A stretch of 64,000 bases of DNA from an uncultured delta proteobacterium (lineage in GTDB: Bacteria > Bdellovibrionota > FAC87 > UBA2466): the NCBI GenBank assembly GCA_963778115.1, contig CAVZSV010000004.1, positions 1,536,001 to 1,600,000 of the forward strand, read 5' to 3'. The notes under the pieces were generated by a model, which saw only the letters and a list, made by a program, of their open reading frames with translations, did no database searches and had not been told where the DNA came from. Positions within the stretch are counted from its first letter, which is position 1. Every line of letters starts with the position of its first letter. Shown here piece by piece: positions 1 through 10,062 of the stretch. The position numbers and the translations under genes are program-made.

Positions 1-2
1 TC

Positions 3-317
3 CAGCTCTTTGAGCACTACCTGCTCAATAGATCGTACGAAGATTCCGCGGCATTCACCAAAGAGGTCGCCGAAGAATATCTCTCCTATCTAGATTCCAC
101 CCCGGCCCATGTTCCCTTTCATGTCCGCACCAATCTTCTAGACGACCTGACCTCGGAAACGCATGAAATGCTGGTAAAGAAGATGTACGGCTGTGTCCGA
201 GTCTCCGACTATGTGGACTACGGAAAGGTAACCAAAGTCACCCGAAACGAACCAGGCTCCTTCGAATTCAATCCTTCGGCAATGGCTGAAGAGATGTCCA
301 AGAAAAGTAAAGAATAA
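3..317 (+). CDS. Hypothetical protein, 5'-truncated by the window edge
   Basis: Open frame from the window start to TAA at 315-317 (QLFEHYLLNRSYEDSAAF...MLVKKMYGCVR...SKKSKE*). Not in the ORF track because it lacks a start codon. Convergent with the msbA-like gene. Confidence 0.7.
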   Translation, partial: QLFEHYLLNRSYEDSAAFTKEVAEEYLSYLDSTPAHVPFHVRTNLLDDLTSETHEMLVKKMYGCVRVSDYVDYGKVTKVTRNEPGSFEFNPSAMAEEMSKKSKE

Positions 318-393
318 AAAAAACCGAGTCAAAGCCAACGATGATGCTCACGTCTATGTGAGACTGGGACATGAATTTTAGCCTTAGCGTCCC

Positions 394-2139
394 TTAGGCC
401 GGAAGCCCCGTCTGCGTCTGGTAAAGCTTCGAGTAAAGACCGCCGTCATCCAGTAACTTACTGTGCGCTCCGTGCTCTCGAATATTGCCCCCGTCTAGAA
501 CATAGATGCGGTGAGCTCGCCGAATGGTCGAAAATCGATGTGCCACTAAGAAGGTGGTTTTTCCTTCCATCAAAACATCCAATGCATTTTGCACTATCTG
601 TTCGGAATGGCTGTCCAGACTTGAAGTGGCCTCATCTAACACTAGGATAGGAGCTCCTTTTAAGATCGCGCGCGCGATAGCCAGTCTCTGACGCTCTCCT
701 CCACTTAGCCGAAGGCCTCTTTCCCCTATACGAGATTGAAAGCCTTGAGGGCACTTTTCGATGAAGTTCATACAGTGGGCCAGTTCAGCAGCCCGCTCGA
801 CCTCTTCTCGTCGGGCGGCGGGTCGTCCGATGCGAATGTTCTCGTAGAGAGTGTCATTAAATAGAAAAATGTCCTGAGTCACAAACGAGATCTGCGCTCT
901 CAAATCGTCTAAATGAATGTCGTGGATATTCATTCCGTCGATCCGAACCGCCCCCTCAGTGACGTCGTAAAGGCGAGGTAATAGATTAATGATGCTGGTC
1001 TTTCCACTTCCGCTAGGCCCCACCAGAGCGATGCACTCGCCTCTCTTTACTTCAAAGCAAATATGGCTAAGGGCTCTTTTGTCCCCGTAATGCAGTCCCA
1101 CGTTTTCAAAAGTTATCGAAGAATCAAACTTATTCCATCTCTTGCTTGCTCGGTGTCTCAAATCGGGGATGGGAACATCCAAGATGGCGTACACCCGATC
1201 TAAGGCGGCTTCAGCGTTCTTAAGCTTCAAATACGCATTGTTCAGTTGCTTAATGGGCATCTGGATAAGTCCGAGAGCAAAGATGAAAGCAACCAATTGC
1301 CCCGCCGTGAGTTCCCCATGAGAGATGCGATATTTTCCGTAGAGGATCACTCCCCCCATCAGAACAGCACCTATAAATTCAACACTCGGAGTGGCTAACT
1401 CCTGAACTTTGATCGACTTCCAAATGATCTTAAAGTAGTCGTCCTGAAGCTTTTTAAACTTCTCGAGCAACGGCTCTTCCATCTGAAAAACTTTAACCAC
1501 ACGCGATCCAGATAGCGTCTCTTGGCTTAAGGAGATCAGATCCGAAAAGTGAGCTAGATTCTTGCCTGAGTAGCGCTTTACCGCAGCTCCCGATTTAGAA
1601 AAAAGTAAAACGACAAGTGGGGCAGCCACCAGAGTCGCAGCCGTTAACTTCCAATCCCAGTAAAATGCCACCCCAATAAGCCCAAGAAATACAAATGGCT
1701 CTTTCAGGACGTCGCAAAGGGTCTCTAACCCGCCGCTAATCTGGACTAAGTCGTTTTGAAGACTAGAGAGCATGTCTCCCGTTCGCCCCTGATCGATGAC
1801 CCTTTGGGGAAACTCTAAGTACTTGCGAAAGAGACGAAGGCGCATTCCTAAGATGATTTTTTCCGTCACATTCCTGCGCAACGCATTATAGGAGTACTTC
1901 GCCAGGCCGCTCGCTAGGAACATCAGAATAAGATAGACCGGCACCATGCGAAAAAAGTGTTCGTTCCCGCCCTTTTGCAACTCGTCGATAATTTGTTGGG
2001 AAAGCTTTAACGCAAGGGGTTGAACGGCCGAAATCACCAAACCGAGCAGAAGAATGAACGCGACTACGCCTCTCACCCCTCGGAACTCACCTACGAGGCG
2101 ATTAAGCGACCGGAACTGCTTTATAGGGACCGCTGCCAT
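394..2139 (-). CDS. msbA: ABC exporter, fused TMD+NBD, MsbA-like lipid flippase
   Basis: N-terminal TM domain, Walker A GPSGSGKT, signature LSGGERQR, Walker B ILVLDEATS, AHR switch; 581 aa. Confidence 0.8.
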   Translation of the reverse strand: MAAVPIKQFRSLNRLVGEFRGVRGVVAFILLLGLVISAVQPLALKLSQQIIDELQKGGNEHFFRMVPVYLILMFLASGLAKYSYNALRRNVTEKIILGMRLRLFRKYLEFPQRVIDQGRTGDMLSSLQNDLVQISGGLETLCDVLKEPFVFLGLIGVAFYWDWKLTAATLVAAPLVVLLFSKSGAAVKRYSGKNLAHFSDLISLSQETLSGSRVVKVFQMEEPLLEKFKKLQDDYFKIIWKSIKVQELATPSVEFIGAVLMGGVILYGKYRISHGELTAGQLVAFIFALGLIQMPIKQLNNAYLKLKNAEAALDRVYAILDVPIPDLRHRASKRWNKFDSSITFENVGLHYGDKRALSHICFEVKRGECIALVGPSGSGKTSIINLLPRLYDVTEGAVRIDGMNIHDIHLDDLRAQISFVTQDIFLFNDTLYENIRIGRPAARREEVERAAELAHCMNFIEKCPQGFQSRIGERGLRLSGGERQRLAIARAILKGAPILVLDEATSSLDSHSEQIVQNALDVLMEGKTTFLVAHRFSTIRRAHRIYVLDGGNIREHGAHSKLLDDGGLYSKLYQTQTGLPA

Positions 2140-2215
2140 GGCAGAGCAGCATAACCGAACTGAGAGATGGGGGCTAGTTTGAGATTTGAGGGCCTTAAGA
2201 AAGCCCGAAGGGGCC

Positions 2216-3601
2216 TTACGAAGCCCGTTTTCGAGAGGGGAGTCTTACCGGCTTGGGTGCCGGAGAGGTGACCTTTACGATCTCACCATGTTCGATGGTC
2301 ATGGTGGCCTGGACACCTTCCGCCTGAAAGACGCTATCTAACCGTACCGAGATCCCTTTTAGCGGCTCTGCCACGGTTGCCAGCGAAACAAAAAGGCGAT
2401 TGGGACTTTGAGTAAAGCATACGTCGGAGACTCGAATTTCGGCACTCACCCGGGCTTCCAGTCGGCGTAAAGCCGTAGAGGACAGGGCAGTTCCGTCTGA
2501 GTTGATGATTTCGTATTTGAAATAGTAGATGGGATTTCCCCCATCTAGACGCTCGAAGTAAGTTTGGATTCGTTTCTTTGACGCTTTTTCGCCCATCAGG
2601 ATAAGAAGTCCCGCGATGGTGAGGTAAGAAAGGCAGGTCGCAACGGGAAGCCACGAAAAAGTGGCTCCCGGTGTCTGAAGTGTCAGATAAGAAGTGAGGA
2701 CACCGGAAAGTTCGATTATTCCAAAGATCAGTAGAATGTACCGTAGGGTGATACTCGTTTGCACCATACGATGGTGAAGATGGCCTTTGTCTGCATGAAA
2801 CGGGGAACGTCCCGTCAGGACGCGACTGCAAGTCACCATGAAAGAGTCCGCCAGAGGAATCAAAAAGCAAAGGGTAGTTACCGAAAGACGCGGAAAAATG
2901 GAGCTTGCGGAAATAGGAATGGAAAGATGCATCACCGCTAGCAAGTAACTGAAGAAGTAACTTCCCACATTTCCTAGGAACCCACGCCGCTTGACCACGT
3001 TACAATAGAGAAAAGGGACCATCATGCCCACAATGACCGAGGCACATACGATATAAGGGGCAAAAGGTCCTGAGACGTAGGAGAGTAGAATATAGCCCAA
3101 CGAGCCCATGAAAATGACGAGTCCCGCAAGACCATCAATTCCATCTATGAAATTGATTGCATTGATAAGCCCGACGATAAAGATAAAAGCGAAAGCGCTT
3201 CCGGCAACTCCGTATTTCGCACTCATCGCCGAACGTAACTGGGGATCTAAAAGCACCACCACCGCGGCACAAAGCACCTGAAAAAACATCTTATCTAAAG
3301 CGGATAGAGGCTTTTGATCATCGACATGGCCCATGATCGCCATCAATGTTGCCGTGGTCAAAATCCAAGGACTCAAGCCGTACAGATAGGTGACCAATCC
3401 CAAAATACCCAAGGTAAAAGCGACGAGACTAGGTCCCACGATGGGGATCTGCTCTTCAGCCAAACCTCGTGCTTTAGGCCAATCGATCATGCCCAAAGCT
3501 GGCGCCAGCCTGATGTTTAAAAGAAGAAGGGGGATCGCTAGCCCCGCTCCGAGGGCGATGTAGCCCATAACTTCTAAGATGTTTTCTGTGGCAAAGTGCA
3601 T
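2216..3601 (-). CDS. MraY/WecA-family (PNPT) polyprenyl-phosphate sugar-1-phosphate transferase with a C-terminal degenerate GGDEF-like domain
   Basis: Multi-TM protein with GHVDD, NAINFIDGIDGL, GFLGNVGS and HADKGHLHH motifs, plus a ~120-aa soluble C-terminal extension. Confidence 0.85.
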   Translation of the reverse strand: MHFATENILEVMGYIALGAGLAIPLLLLNIRLAPALGMIDWPKARGLAEEQIPIVGPSLVAFTLGILGLVTYLYGLSPWILTTATLMAIMGHVDDQKPLSALDKMFFQVLCAAVVVLLDPQLRSAMSAKYGVAGSAFAFIFIVGLINAINFIDGIDGLAGLVIFMGSLGYILLSYVSGPFAPYIVCASVIVGMMVPFLYCNVVKRRGFLGNVGSYFFSYLLAVMHLSIPISASSIFPRLSVTTLCFLIPLADSFMVTCSRVLTGRSPFHADKGHLHHRMVQTSITLRYILLIFGIIELSGVLTSYLTLQTPGATFSWLPVATCLSYLTIAGLLILMGEKASKKRIQTYFERLDGGNPIYYFKYEIINSDGTALSSTALRRLEARVSAEIRVSDVCFTQSPNRLFVSLATVAEPLKGISVRLDSVFQAEGVQATMTIEHGEIVKVTSPAPKPVRLPSRKRAS

Positions 3602-3628
3602 GGGTTACTTGAGAGAGTCTTCAGTTTC

Positions 3629-3655
3629 TAATCGGAGAAAAACGGAGTAGACTTA
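3629..3655 (-). promoter_or_regulatory. Putative sigma28 (FliA)-type promoter for the WecA-like/msbA genes
   Basis: Minus strand TAAG-N15-TCCGATTA, against the consensus TAAA-N15-GCCGATAA; ends 27 nt before the start codon. Confidence 0.45.
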
Positions 3656-3691
3656 AGATGTTTTCCCTTCGAACTTCCTTATTAATCCAGT

Positions 3692-5443
3692 ATGCCAAGA
3701 AACCTTTCGATCGTCTTAGGAATTAGTCTTGCGCATGGGGACTCTTCCGCCGCGTTAATCATCGATGGATGCCTCGTGGCCGCTGCTGAAGAAGAGCGCT
3801 TTACGAGAATAAAGCATTACGCCCTATTTCCCACTAAATCGATTGAGTATTGCCTTCGACACGCCGGCCTAACGCCCCGTGACGTTCAAATCGTAGCTAT
3901 TGCCAAAAAACCTTGGAATGGCATTACTCGTCGCATCAGAACCATATTTCAGCATCCTCAATTTTTAACGCAGCACAAAAATCCAGACCCCCACTCTCCC
4001 CAAGAATCACTGCGATCGGCGCTTAAGCGTGTGGGGCTCGGAAAAGCATCCTTAGCCCGGGTCGAACATCACTATGCCCACATGATGAGTGTGAGTCATA
4101 TGACCAGTGGAGAAGAGGCGGCATTCCTCTCCTTCGACGGACTTGGGGATTTTGTATCGACCGCAATCGGCCATTCTACGGGTAATGGCCTGGAAATTCT
4201 CGATCGGGTGTATTTCCCCCATTCCGTGGGATTCTTTTATACGGCGATGACTCAGTTTCTGGGCTTTCAACATTTTGGCGACGAGTTCAAAGTCATGGGT
4301 TTGTCGAGTTACGGGCAGCCTCGGTACTTAACGGCCATGCACGAACTGATTCGCGAGAGTGAAAAGTTTGGATTCCATTTGAACCTTGAAGCTTTTCCGA
4401 CGGAAAATCATATTTCCAGTTTCCAAGTCGTTAAGGCCCAACCGAAAATTCGTCCTTTCTACAATAATAATTTTCTTACCCAAGTCATCGGAGTAGCTCC
4501 GCGCAAACCTTTGGAAGCGCTGACTAGAAGCCATTGGGACTTAGCAAAGTCGGTCCAAGCTAGATTCGAAGAGATTGGTTACCATTTGCTGGGACAGTTA
4601 CACGATCGCGTGGGGAAAACCACCGTGGCACTTTCGGGCGGCTGCGCTCACAACAGCGTTTGGGTAGGGAAGATTCCGCAAAATACCCCGTACAAAAAAG
4701 TGGTAGTGGCTCCCGCTTGTAGTGATGCCGGAATCGCCGTGGGAGCCGCCATTACTGTTTGCGGAGTTCAGGTCAATCCCGAGGGCCGTCACTGGGCGCT
4801 GTTAGGTCCTAACGATGAAGATTATACGCTGGATAGCGCTCCCGCTCTTCCCTCTGATATTAACGATCGCACTTTCAACTCGGATGAACAACTTATCCGT
4901 TGGATGGTCGAAGAGCTGTGCGAAGAAAAGATTATTGGTTTGTTTCGCGGAAGAATGGAGTTTGGTCCGCGCGCTTTAGGAAGTCGGAGCATCATAGCCG
5001 ATCCAAGAGTACGCACGATGCGAGATCGTCTTAACGAACGGGTCAAGCATCGTGAATCATTCCGCCCCTTCGCCGCTTCCGTTCTTTGGGAGTATCAAGA
5101 AGAGTGGTTCGAGAATTCTTTCTTTTCTCCTTCGATGGAAGCCGTTTTTCCCGTTAAAGAACTCAACCGACCGAAAATCTCAGGCGTCGTCCATGTCGAT
5201 CATTCTTGCAGAATCCAGTCGGTGGTCCGAGATACGCAGCCTTTCTTTTGGGACCTTATCGAAGCGTTCCGCAAGAAGACCGGTGTGCCCATGCTGATAA
5301 ATACGTCGTTCAACGACAGTGAGCCTGTGGTTTGTACCCCGCAAGATGCGCTTAACTGTTTCGCCAACTGCGATATGGACCATCTGGTACTCGGTCTGAG
5401 AGTTTTTTCACGACTTCGCCAGGCGACTTCCCTATCAGCCTAG
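3692..5443 (+). CDS. NodU/CmcH-family O-carbamoyltransferase
   Basis: AAAEEERFTRIKH, EHHYAH, DGLGD, EFKVMGLSSYG, GRMEFGPRALGSRSI, KHRESFRPFA and INTSFN motifs. Confidence 0.93.
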   Translation: MPRNLSIVLGISLAHGDSSAALIIDGCLVAAAEEERFTRIKHYALFPTKSIEYCLRHAGLTPRDVQIVAIAKKPWNGITRRIRTIFQHPQFLTQHKNPDPHSPQESLRSALKRVGLGKASLARVEHHYAHMMSVSHMTSGEEAAFLSFDGLGDFVSTAIGHSTGNGLEILDRVYFPHSVGFFYTAMTQFLGFQHFGDEFKVMGLSSYGQPRYLTAMHELIRESEKFGFHLNLEAFPTENHISSFQVVKAQPKIRPFYNNNFLTQVIGVAPRKPLEALTRSHWDLAKSVQARFEEIGYHLLGQLHDRVGKTTVALSGGCAHNSVWVGKIPQNTPYKKVVVAPACSDAGIAVGAAITVCGVQVNPEGRHWALLGPNDEDYTLDSAPALPSDINDRTFNSDEQLIRWMVEELCEEKIIGLFRGRMEFGPRALGSRSIIADPRVRTMRDRLNERVKHRESFRPFAASVLWEYQEEWFENSFFSPSMEAVFPVKELNRPKISGVVHVDHSCRIQSVVRDTQPFFWDLIEAFRKKTGVPMLINTSFNDSEPVVCTPQDALNCFANCDMDHLVLGLRVFSRLRQATSLSA

Positions 5444-5838
5444 CTTCGGCAAAGCTGAAATACTTCCCCCCCCTCCGCCACAATTAGATGATCGACAAGG
5501 GTAACGCCGATACAAACTGCCGCCATTTCTAACATCTCCGTAAACTTGCGATCCTCTCTACTGGGATAGGGACTTCCGGAAGGGTGGTTGTGCGCGATGA
5601 GAAATTTAGCGCAATTGAACCTTAACGCCTCCCGCAGAATCTCTCTTGGACAGGCAGGAGCGTGAGTTAAGGTTCCCCGAAAGATCTCTTTTACTTTGAT
5701 CACACGATGGCGACTCGTTAGAAATCCCGCCCAAACGACTTCCTGGAACTCAGATTCCATTTTTCGAAATAGTCGGTGGGAGTCTTCAACGCTGCGAATA
5801 ATCATTCCAAGAAAGTAGTGCATATGCCATGCCGACAT
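5440..5838 (-). CDS. RadC-like JAB domain-only protein (true start may be a little downstream)
   Basis: E...HNHPSG-x6-D JAB motif and DHLIV; lacks the N-terminal HhH part of full-length RadC. Confidence 0.8.
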   Translation of the reverse strand: MSAWHMHYFLGMIIRSVEDSHRLFRKMESEFQEVVWAGFLTSRHRVIKVKEIFRGTLTHAPACPREILREALRFNCAKFLIAHNHPSGSPYPSREDRKFTEMLEMAAVCIGVTLVDHLIVAEGGEVFQLCRS

Positions 5839-5870
5839 TCTTGCTTTGAAAAAAGAGAGAGAGACCGAGA

Positions 5871-6728
5871 TCAGGTCTTCAGGAGTATTGTTTTGAGAAA
5901 TCTGGAAACGGCCTCGGAAAAACCAGCCCCGTCGTTCGACGCGACGATGGGGTATTTCGTCTTAAGATCGGTTGCCGCATTGGAAACAAGAAAGGGATGA
6001 CCGACCCAATCGAGAAGATCCATATCGACGTAGTCGTTTCCGATCCCTAGAATCTGTTCTCTTCTCAAACGAGCCTTTTGGGCAAGCTGTGCAACCGCTT
6101 CCGCCTTGCAAACTCCTTTGGCATAGATCTCTATCCAGTAGGACTTGTGATCCAAAGGAGACGTGGTCCGTAGGACTGAGAAATCTGGTTCTAGTGACCG
6201 GCGAATTTGTCGCAAGATCGACTCACCTTCGTCTTTCATCGCTACTACCAGAAATTGTGTCGCTTCAACTAGATTGGGGTAGCCAGAAGTGAGCGGAATG
6301 GCAAATTCTCCGGCGCGTTTCCAGCGCTCGGTAAAATCTGGATTTATTCTACCTGTACCTAAGTAGAAAAAACGGTGGTTGTCGGGAATGGAATGGTGGA
6401 TCATGAAATCCAGTCCGTGGCTAACAAAAAGCGAGTGAACCCGTGCGATCTCGGTTGCTTTCATATGCCGAGCCATCAGAATCTCTCCGGTATTCCAATC
6501 CAATATTCCAGCTCCGCACGAAAAAATTAGATAATCGATCGGCATGTCGGCGCGCAGAAACTTCACGGCCGAATACAAATTTCTGCCGGTTGCAATGACC
6601 CGAATTACTTTCTTCTCTTTTAACTCCTTCAGTGTTTCCAGATCTTTCTGATTCAACGACCCATTGGATCGAGTAAGCGTTCCGTCGAGATCGGTTACCA
6701 CCATAGCCGCGGCTGAAGAGGTCCTCAC
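5871..6728 (-). CDS. HAD-IIB (Cof-like) hydrolase
   Basis: DLDGTL motif I, ATGR motif II, K and GNDYVDMDLL motif IV; overlaps the solA-like stop codon. Confidence 0.9.
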   Translation of the reverse strand: MRTSSAAAMVVTDLDGTLTRSNGSLNQKDLETLKELKEKKVIRVIATGRNLYSAVKFLRADMPIDYLIFSCGAGILDWNTGEILMARHMKATEIARVHSLFVSHGLDFMIHHSIPDNHRFFYLGTGRINPDFTERWKRAGEFAIPLTSGYPNLVEATQFLVVAMKDEGESILRQIRRSLEPDFSVLRTTSPLDHKSYWIEIYAKGVCKAEAVAQLAQKARLRREQILGIGNDYVDMDLLDWVGHPFLVSNAATDLKTKYPIVASNDGAGFSEAVSRFLKTILLKT

Positions 6729-7870
6729 GCGCGCTTTCCCTTAGGTGGAGGAGGTAACTTTAAAAATCGCGCTGCTGGTAAAGTAGTTCCTGAAATAGCG
6801 AGTTTCGCCAAACACTCCCCCACTGCCGGAGCGAATTTAAATCCATGTCCTGAAAAGCCGGTGGCGAAGCTTACATTCTTGTAGCGAGGATGAAGATCAA
6901 TAATAAAGCGGGAATTTGGAGCCATCGTATAAAGACATACCGAGGCGCTCTGGGGAATCGGATTGACCTTAATTAGATGAGTGCGAACCACTTCATTAAT
7001 GGGTTGGTAATCGGAAGGATGTATCTCACGTTCCACTATATAGGGGTCGGTCACGACTTGTCTTTTGGGATGATAGATAGCCATCTTCAAAGGCCTTTTC
7101 CCTTTGCGCGGAACTCCATAAAAAAATCCGTCGGGAAGATCTAGCGCATAACAAGGAAACTTTTTCTTTTCATCGAATTCTGCGGGGGCTTTCAACCAAA
7201 ATTGCGGAACACGGCGAACTTCGAGAGGCTGCAACTTATTACTCTCACCCAGAAGCGAAGCACTCCAAGGTCCTGCCGCAATGATGAGGTGACGCGCTTT
7301 ATAAGTCGCTCTTGAAGTCCTGACAGTGACCGCTCGCGAGGTAGCCGACCAACCTTCGACGCGTTCCTCTTCGTGGATATCGGCGCCGTGCTTTCTAGCA
7401 AGACGAATTAACTCCAACACCGAACGCTCGACTTCCACGTAACCGGCGTCGGGTTCGAGAACGCCGATGTATCCTTCGGGGGCTCTGATTTGAGGGTAAT
7501 GTCTGCGAAGCTCCTTGGTGCTAAATTTGCGTACTTGCACTTTGTGTTTACGGGCACTGCTAACTACCCCCTTCAGTGCTCCCCGTTTTTCTTGGCCGAT
7601 AAGAAGAAGTCCTACCCGATGGAGAAGCGGCTTTTCACAGCTCTTTCCGATCTGATCCCAAAGCTGATAGCTATATTTTGCCAAAGGGACGTAATGCTCG
7701 TCTTCAAAGTAAGCTTTTCGAATAAGTCGCGTACCGCCGTGGGAACTTCCTAGCGAATGGCCCAAGCCAAACTGCTCAATGCCCGTCACGGCAACTCCGC
7801 GCCTGGCGAGGGAATAACACGCAGCACCACCCATCACCCCCATGCCCAAAACGATGACATCGCAATCCAT
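6725..7870 (-). CDS. solA: N-methyl-L-tryptophan oxidase / monomeric sarcosine oxidase family flavoprotein
   Basis: GMGVMG Rossmann motif, GSSHGGTRLIR, CLYT (covalent FAD Cys), GFSGHGFKFAP. Confidence 0.85.
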   Translation of the reverse strand: MDCDVIVLGMGVMGGAACYSLARRGVAVTGIEQFGLGHSLGSSHGGTRLIRKAYFEDEHYVPLAKYSYQLWDQIGKSCEKPLLHRVGLLLIGQEKRGALKGVVSSARKHKVQVRKFSTKELRRHYPQIRAPEGYIGVLEPDAGYVEVERSVLELIRLARKHGADIHEEERVEGWSATSRAVTVRTSRATYKARHLIIAAGPWSASLLGESNKLQPLEVRRVPQFWLKAPAEFDEKKKFPCYALDLPDGFFYGVPRKGKRPLKMAIYHPKRQVVTDPYIVEREIHPSDYQPINEVVRTHLIKVNPIPQSASVCLYTMAPNSRFIIDLHPRYKNVSFATGFSGHGFKFAPAVGECLAKLAISGTTLPAARFLKLPPPPKGKRA

Positions 7871-7918
7871 AATGGCAAACTTACGGGGTTATCAGAGAAA
7901 CGACAAGTTCGACGGGGA

Positions 7919-9394
7919 TTATGAGAACCGAGGAAATCGAATGACGATCCGGGTGCCGTTCGGAAGAGGATCAATAGCGGCTCTGCTGCTGGTTACGAAA
8001 ATCTCACCGTGATGTAAATTGACAATCTTTTTCATAATCACCGATCCCAATCCTAAAGAGACGTGCGAAAGATCACTTTCATCCACCAAACGACGCCCTC
8101 TTGCTTTGCCAAAGCCCTCGATGTCCTCACGGTTCATACCGGCCCCATCATCAAACACCGTCACTATGAGGTGTTCTCCTTTTTCTTCAAGAGTTACCTG
8201 AACCGCGGCTTTGGCAAAACGGGATGCGTTTTCAAAGATGTTCTTCACCAACCTACGAATAAGGCGAGAGTCGCCGGAAAGTGAACCAAACGAAGTCCCT
8301 TCGCCTAAAAGTCTTAGGCTCCAAGCGATGCGCTCGGAAGAGGCGATCTCTTGCGCCTTTCTAACTTGTATTTCCCCTTCCAAAATGGCCCTCAGATCCA
8401 CTATTTCAGTTGTCTTTTTGTAGAGGGGTTCGTCCATCTGGGCAATGAACAGGAGATTTTCTAGTAAATCGGTGAAGTAAGATATTTCCGCTTGGCAAAC
8501 GGAAACGATTTGAATTCTTTCCGCGGCGGGCATCTGTGCCCAATGAGAGGACAGTGTTTCGATGGAAGTTCTAAGGCTCGTTAGCGGAGTGCGAAGATCG
8601 TGGCTTAACTCTTGGAAAAAAGTTTTCCTGGCCTGCTCCGCTTCCGCTAACTTTCCCACCAAGCGCTCGATCTCGGACGCCATCCGATTAAAGTCGAGCA
8701 TAAGACTGCCCATCTGATCAAACTGCTTAATGGAAAATCGTGCTTTCAGATCCCCTCGCTCAAGGCGCAAGAGAACGCCTCTTGCCTCGGAAGATTTTTT
8801 TCGCAAATACAGAAAAGTCATCAACATGGAGATTAGGGCACAGAATGCCAAAGCGGAGCCGAATAAGAATAATTGAAAGAGCTCATTATTATCTCCCTGT
8901 CTAGGGCGAGGTGCTGTCATCACCAAAAAGGAAGGCTTTACCGTTCCCAGTCTCATCACGACCAAGTAGGGGCTAAGCGCAAGAAAACGGTAGCTACTGC
9001 TCACTTCATGAGCATTTTCAGGCTTTGGAAGGGAAATCCAAGGTTCCGGAAGCGGATCGCGAGTATTTCCTCCAGTCACTCTCCCGTCGGCGTCCACGAC
9101 CCAAACATGTGGCGGTCGGTGGGGATGCGGAGCCCTCGGATCCATTTCGGGAGCAGTTGCATGAAAAGATCCCGGTGGCGCCCCTGGAGGAGGTTCCGGA
9201 GGAGGCATTTCAAATACATTCTTATCATCCGGTGACTTTTCATAATTCAAAGCAAAATTCATCAGAAGATGGCGACGCATCTCCATGCCGCTATTTTCGG
9301 TAAACGCGCGAAGAGAAAGGACGATCACAACTCCCACGGCCAACGCGCAAAGGATATTGAAGAGAAGAAATCCGAGGAATGTTTTGCTGCTCAT
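7919..9394 (-). CDS. Sensor histidine kinase (2 TM, HAMP, HisKA, HATPase)
   Basis: ELSHDLRTPL H-box, N box ENASRF, DDGAGM, GLGLG; Pro-rich periplasmic segment. Confidence 0.92.
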   Translation of the reverse strand: MSSKTFLGFLLFNILCALAVGVVIVLSLRAFTENSGMEMRRHLLMNFALNYEKSPDDKNVFEMPPPEPPPGAPPGSFHATAPEMDPRAPHPHRPPHVWVVDADGRVTGGNTRDPLPEPWISLPKPENAHEVSSSYRFLALSPYLVVMRLGTVKPSFLVMTAPRPRQGDNNELFQLFLFGSALAFCALISMLMTFLYLRKKSSEARGVLLRLERGDLKARFSIKQFDQMGSLMLDFNRMASEIERLVGKLAEAEQARKTFFQELSHDLRTPLTSLRTSIETLSSHWAQMPAAERIQIVSVCQAEISYFTDLLENLLFIAQMDEPLYKKTTEIVDLRAILEGEIQVRKAQEIASSERIAWSLRLLGEGTSFGSLSGDSRLIRRLVKNIFENASRFAKAAVQVTLEEKGEHLIVTVFDDGAGMNREDIEGFGKARGRRLVDESDLSHVSLGLGSVIMKKIVNLHHGEIFVTSSRAAIDPLPNGTRIVIRFPRFS

Positions 9395-10062
9395 TTATTT
9401 TCCAATCGGTAACCAACTCCGTAGACGGGGGTGATCTGCACGTCTTTTAGTTCCGCGTCTTTCAATTTCCGTCTCAAATGGCTCAAATGCGAGTCCACCG
9501 TTCGGTCATACATTTCAGAATCCGTATCGATAGTACTTATAATCTCTTCTCGAGTAACGACCTCTCCCGACCTCTTGACGAGAAGGGCTAAAATATCGAA
9601 CTCTCTTTTACCCAACGACACGGTACTTTCTCCCACCCAAGCTTGTCTTTGCTTCATGCTGATACGAAGCGAGTGAAAGGAAATGACATCGTTAGATTTT
9701 GTCTTATTGCTTAACAACCGATTCAATCTAGCGGAAAGCTCCTCGAGTCCGAAAGGTTTACGGACATAATCGTCGGCGCCACTCTCGATCCCGCGGACCG
9801 CGGAAGCTTCATCCGCTCGCGCGGTCAGCATGACGATCGGAATGGGATTTTGTTTTTCGCGCAATGTTTTGCAAAGTTCATATCCAGTGCCGTCCGGCAA
9901 ATTCACATCCAGGATCACCAGATCGAACTCATTCTTTTCCAAGGCTTCACGTCCCGCTCTCACCGATTCGCAAATGGTGACGTCAAAGTCTCGATAGTGA
10001 AGTGCCGTCTTTAGCGTACGAGAGATCATGCGATCGTCTTCCACTAATAAAAGTTTTTTCAT
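9391..10062 (-). CDS. OmpR/PhoB-family response regulator
   Basis: LVEDD, LDVNLP, GADDY..KPF, winged helix RTVDSHLSHLRRKL...VYGVGY; 4-nt overlap with the kinase. Confidence 0.95.
   Translation of the reverse strand: MKKLLLVEDDRMISRTLKTALHYRDFDVTICESVRAGREALEKNEFDLVILDVNLPDGTGYELCKTLREKQNPIPIVMLTARADEASAVRGIESGADDYVRKPFGLEELSARLNRLLSNKTKSNDVISFHSLRISMKQRQAWVGESTVSLGKREFDILALLVKRSGEVVTREEIISTIDTDSEMYDRTVDSHLSHLRRKLKDAELKDVQITPVYGVGYRLENK

Noticed and set aside
138..338. 66-aa minus-strand ORF in the track
   Set aside because: Antisense shadow of the longer plus-strand open frame at 3-317.
2190..2227. Imperfect direct repeat GGGCCTTA..AAGCCCG at the WecA-like stop
   Set aside because: Only two short copies; likely a local micro-duplication with no evident function.
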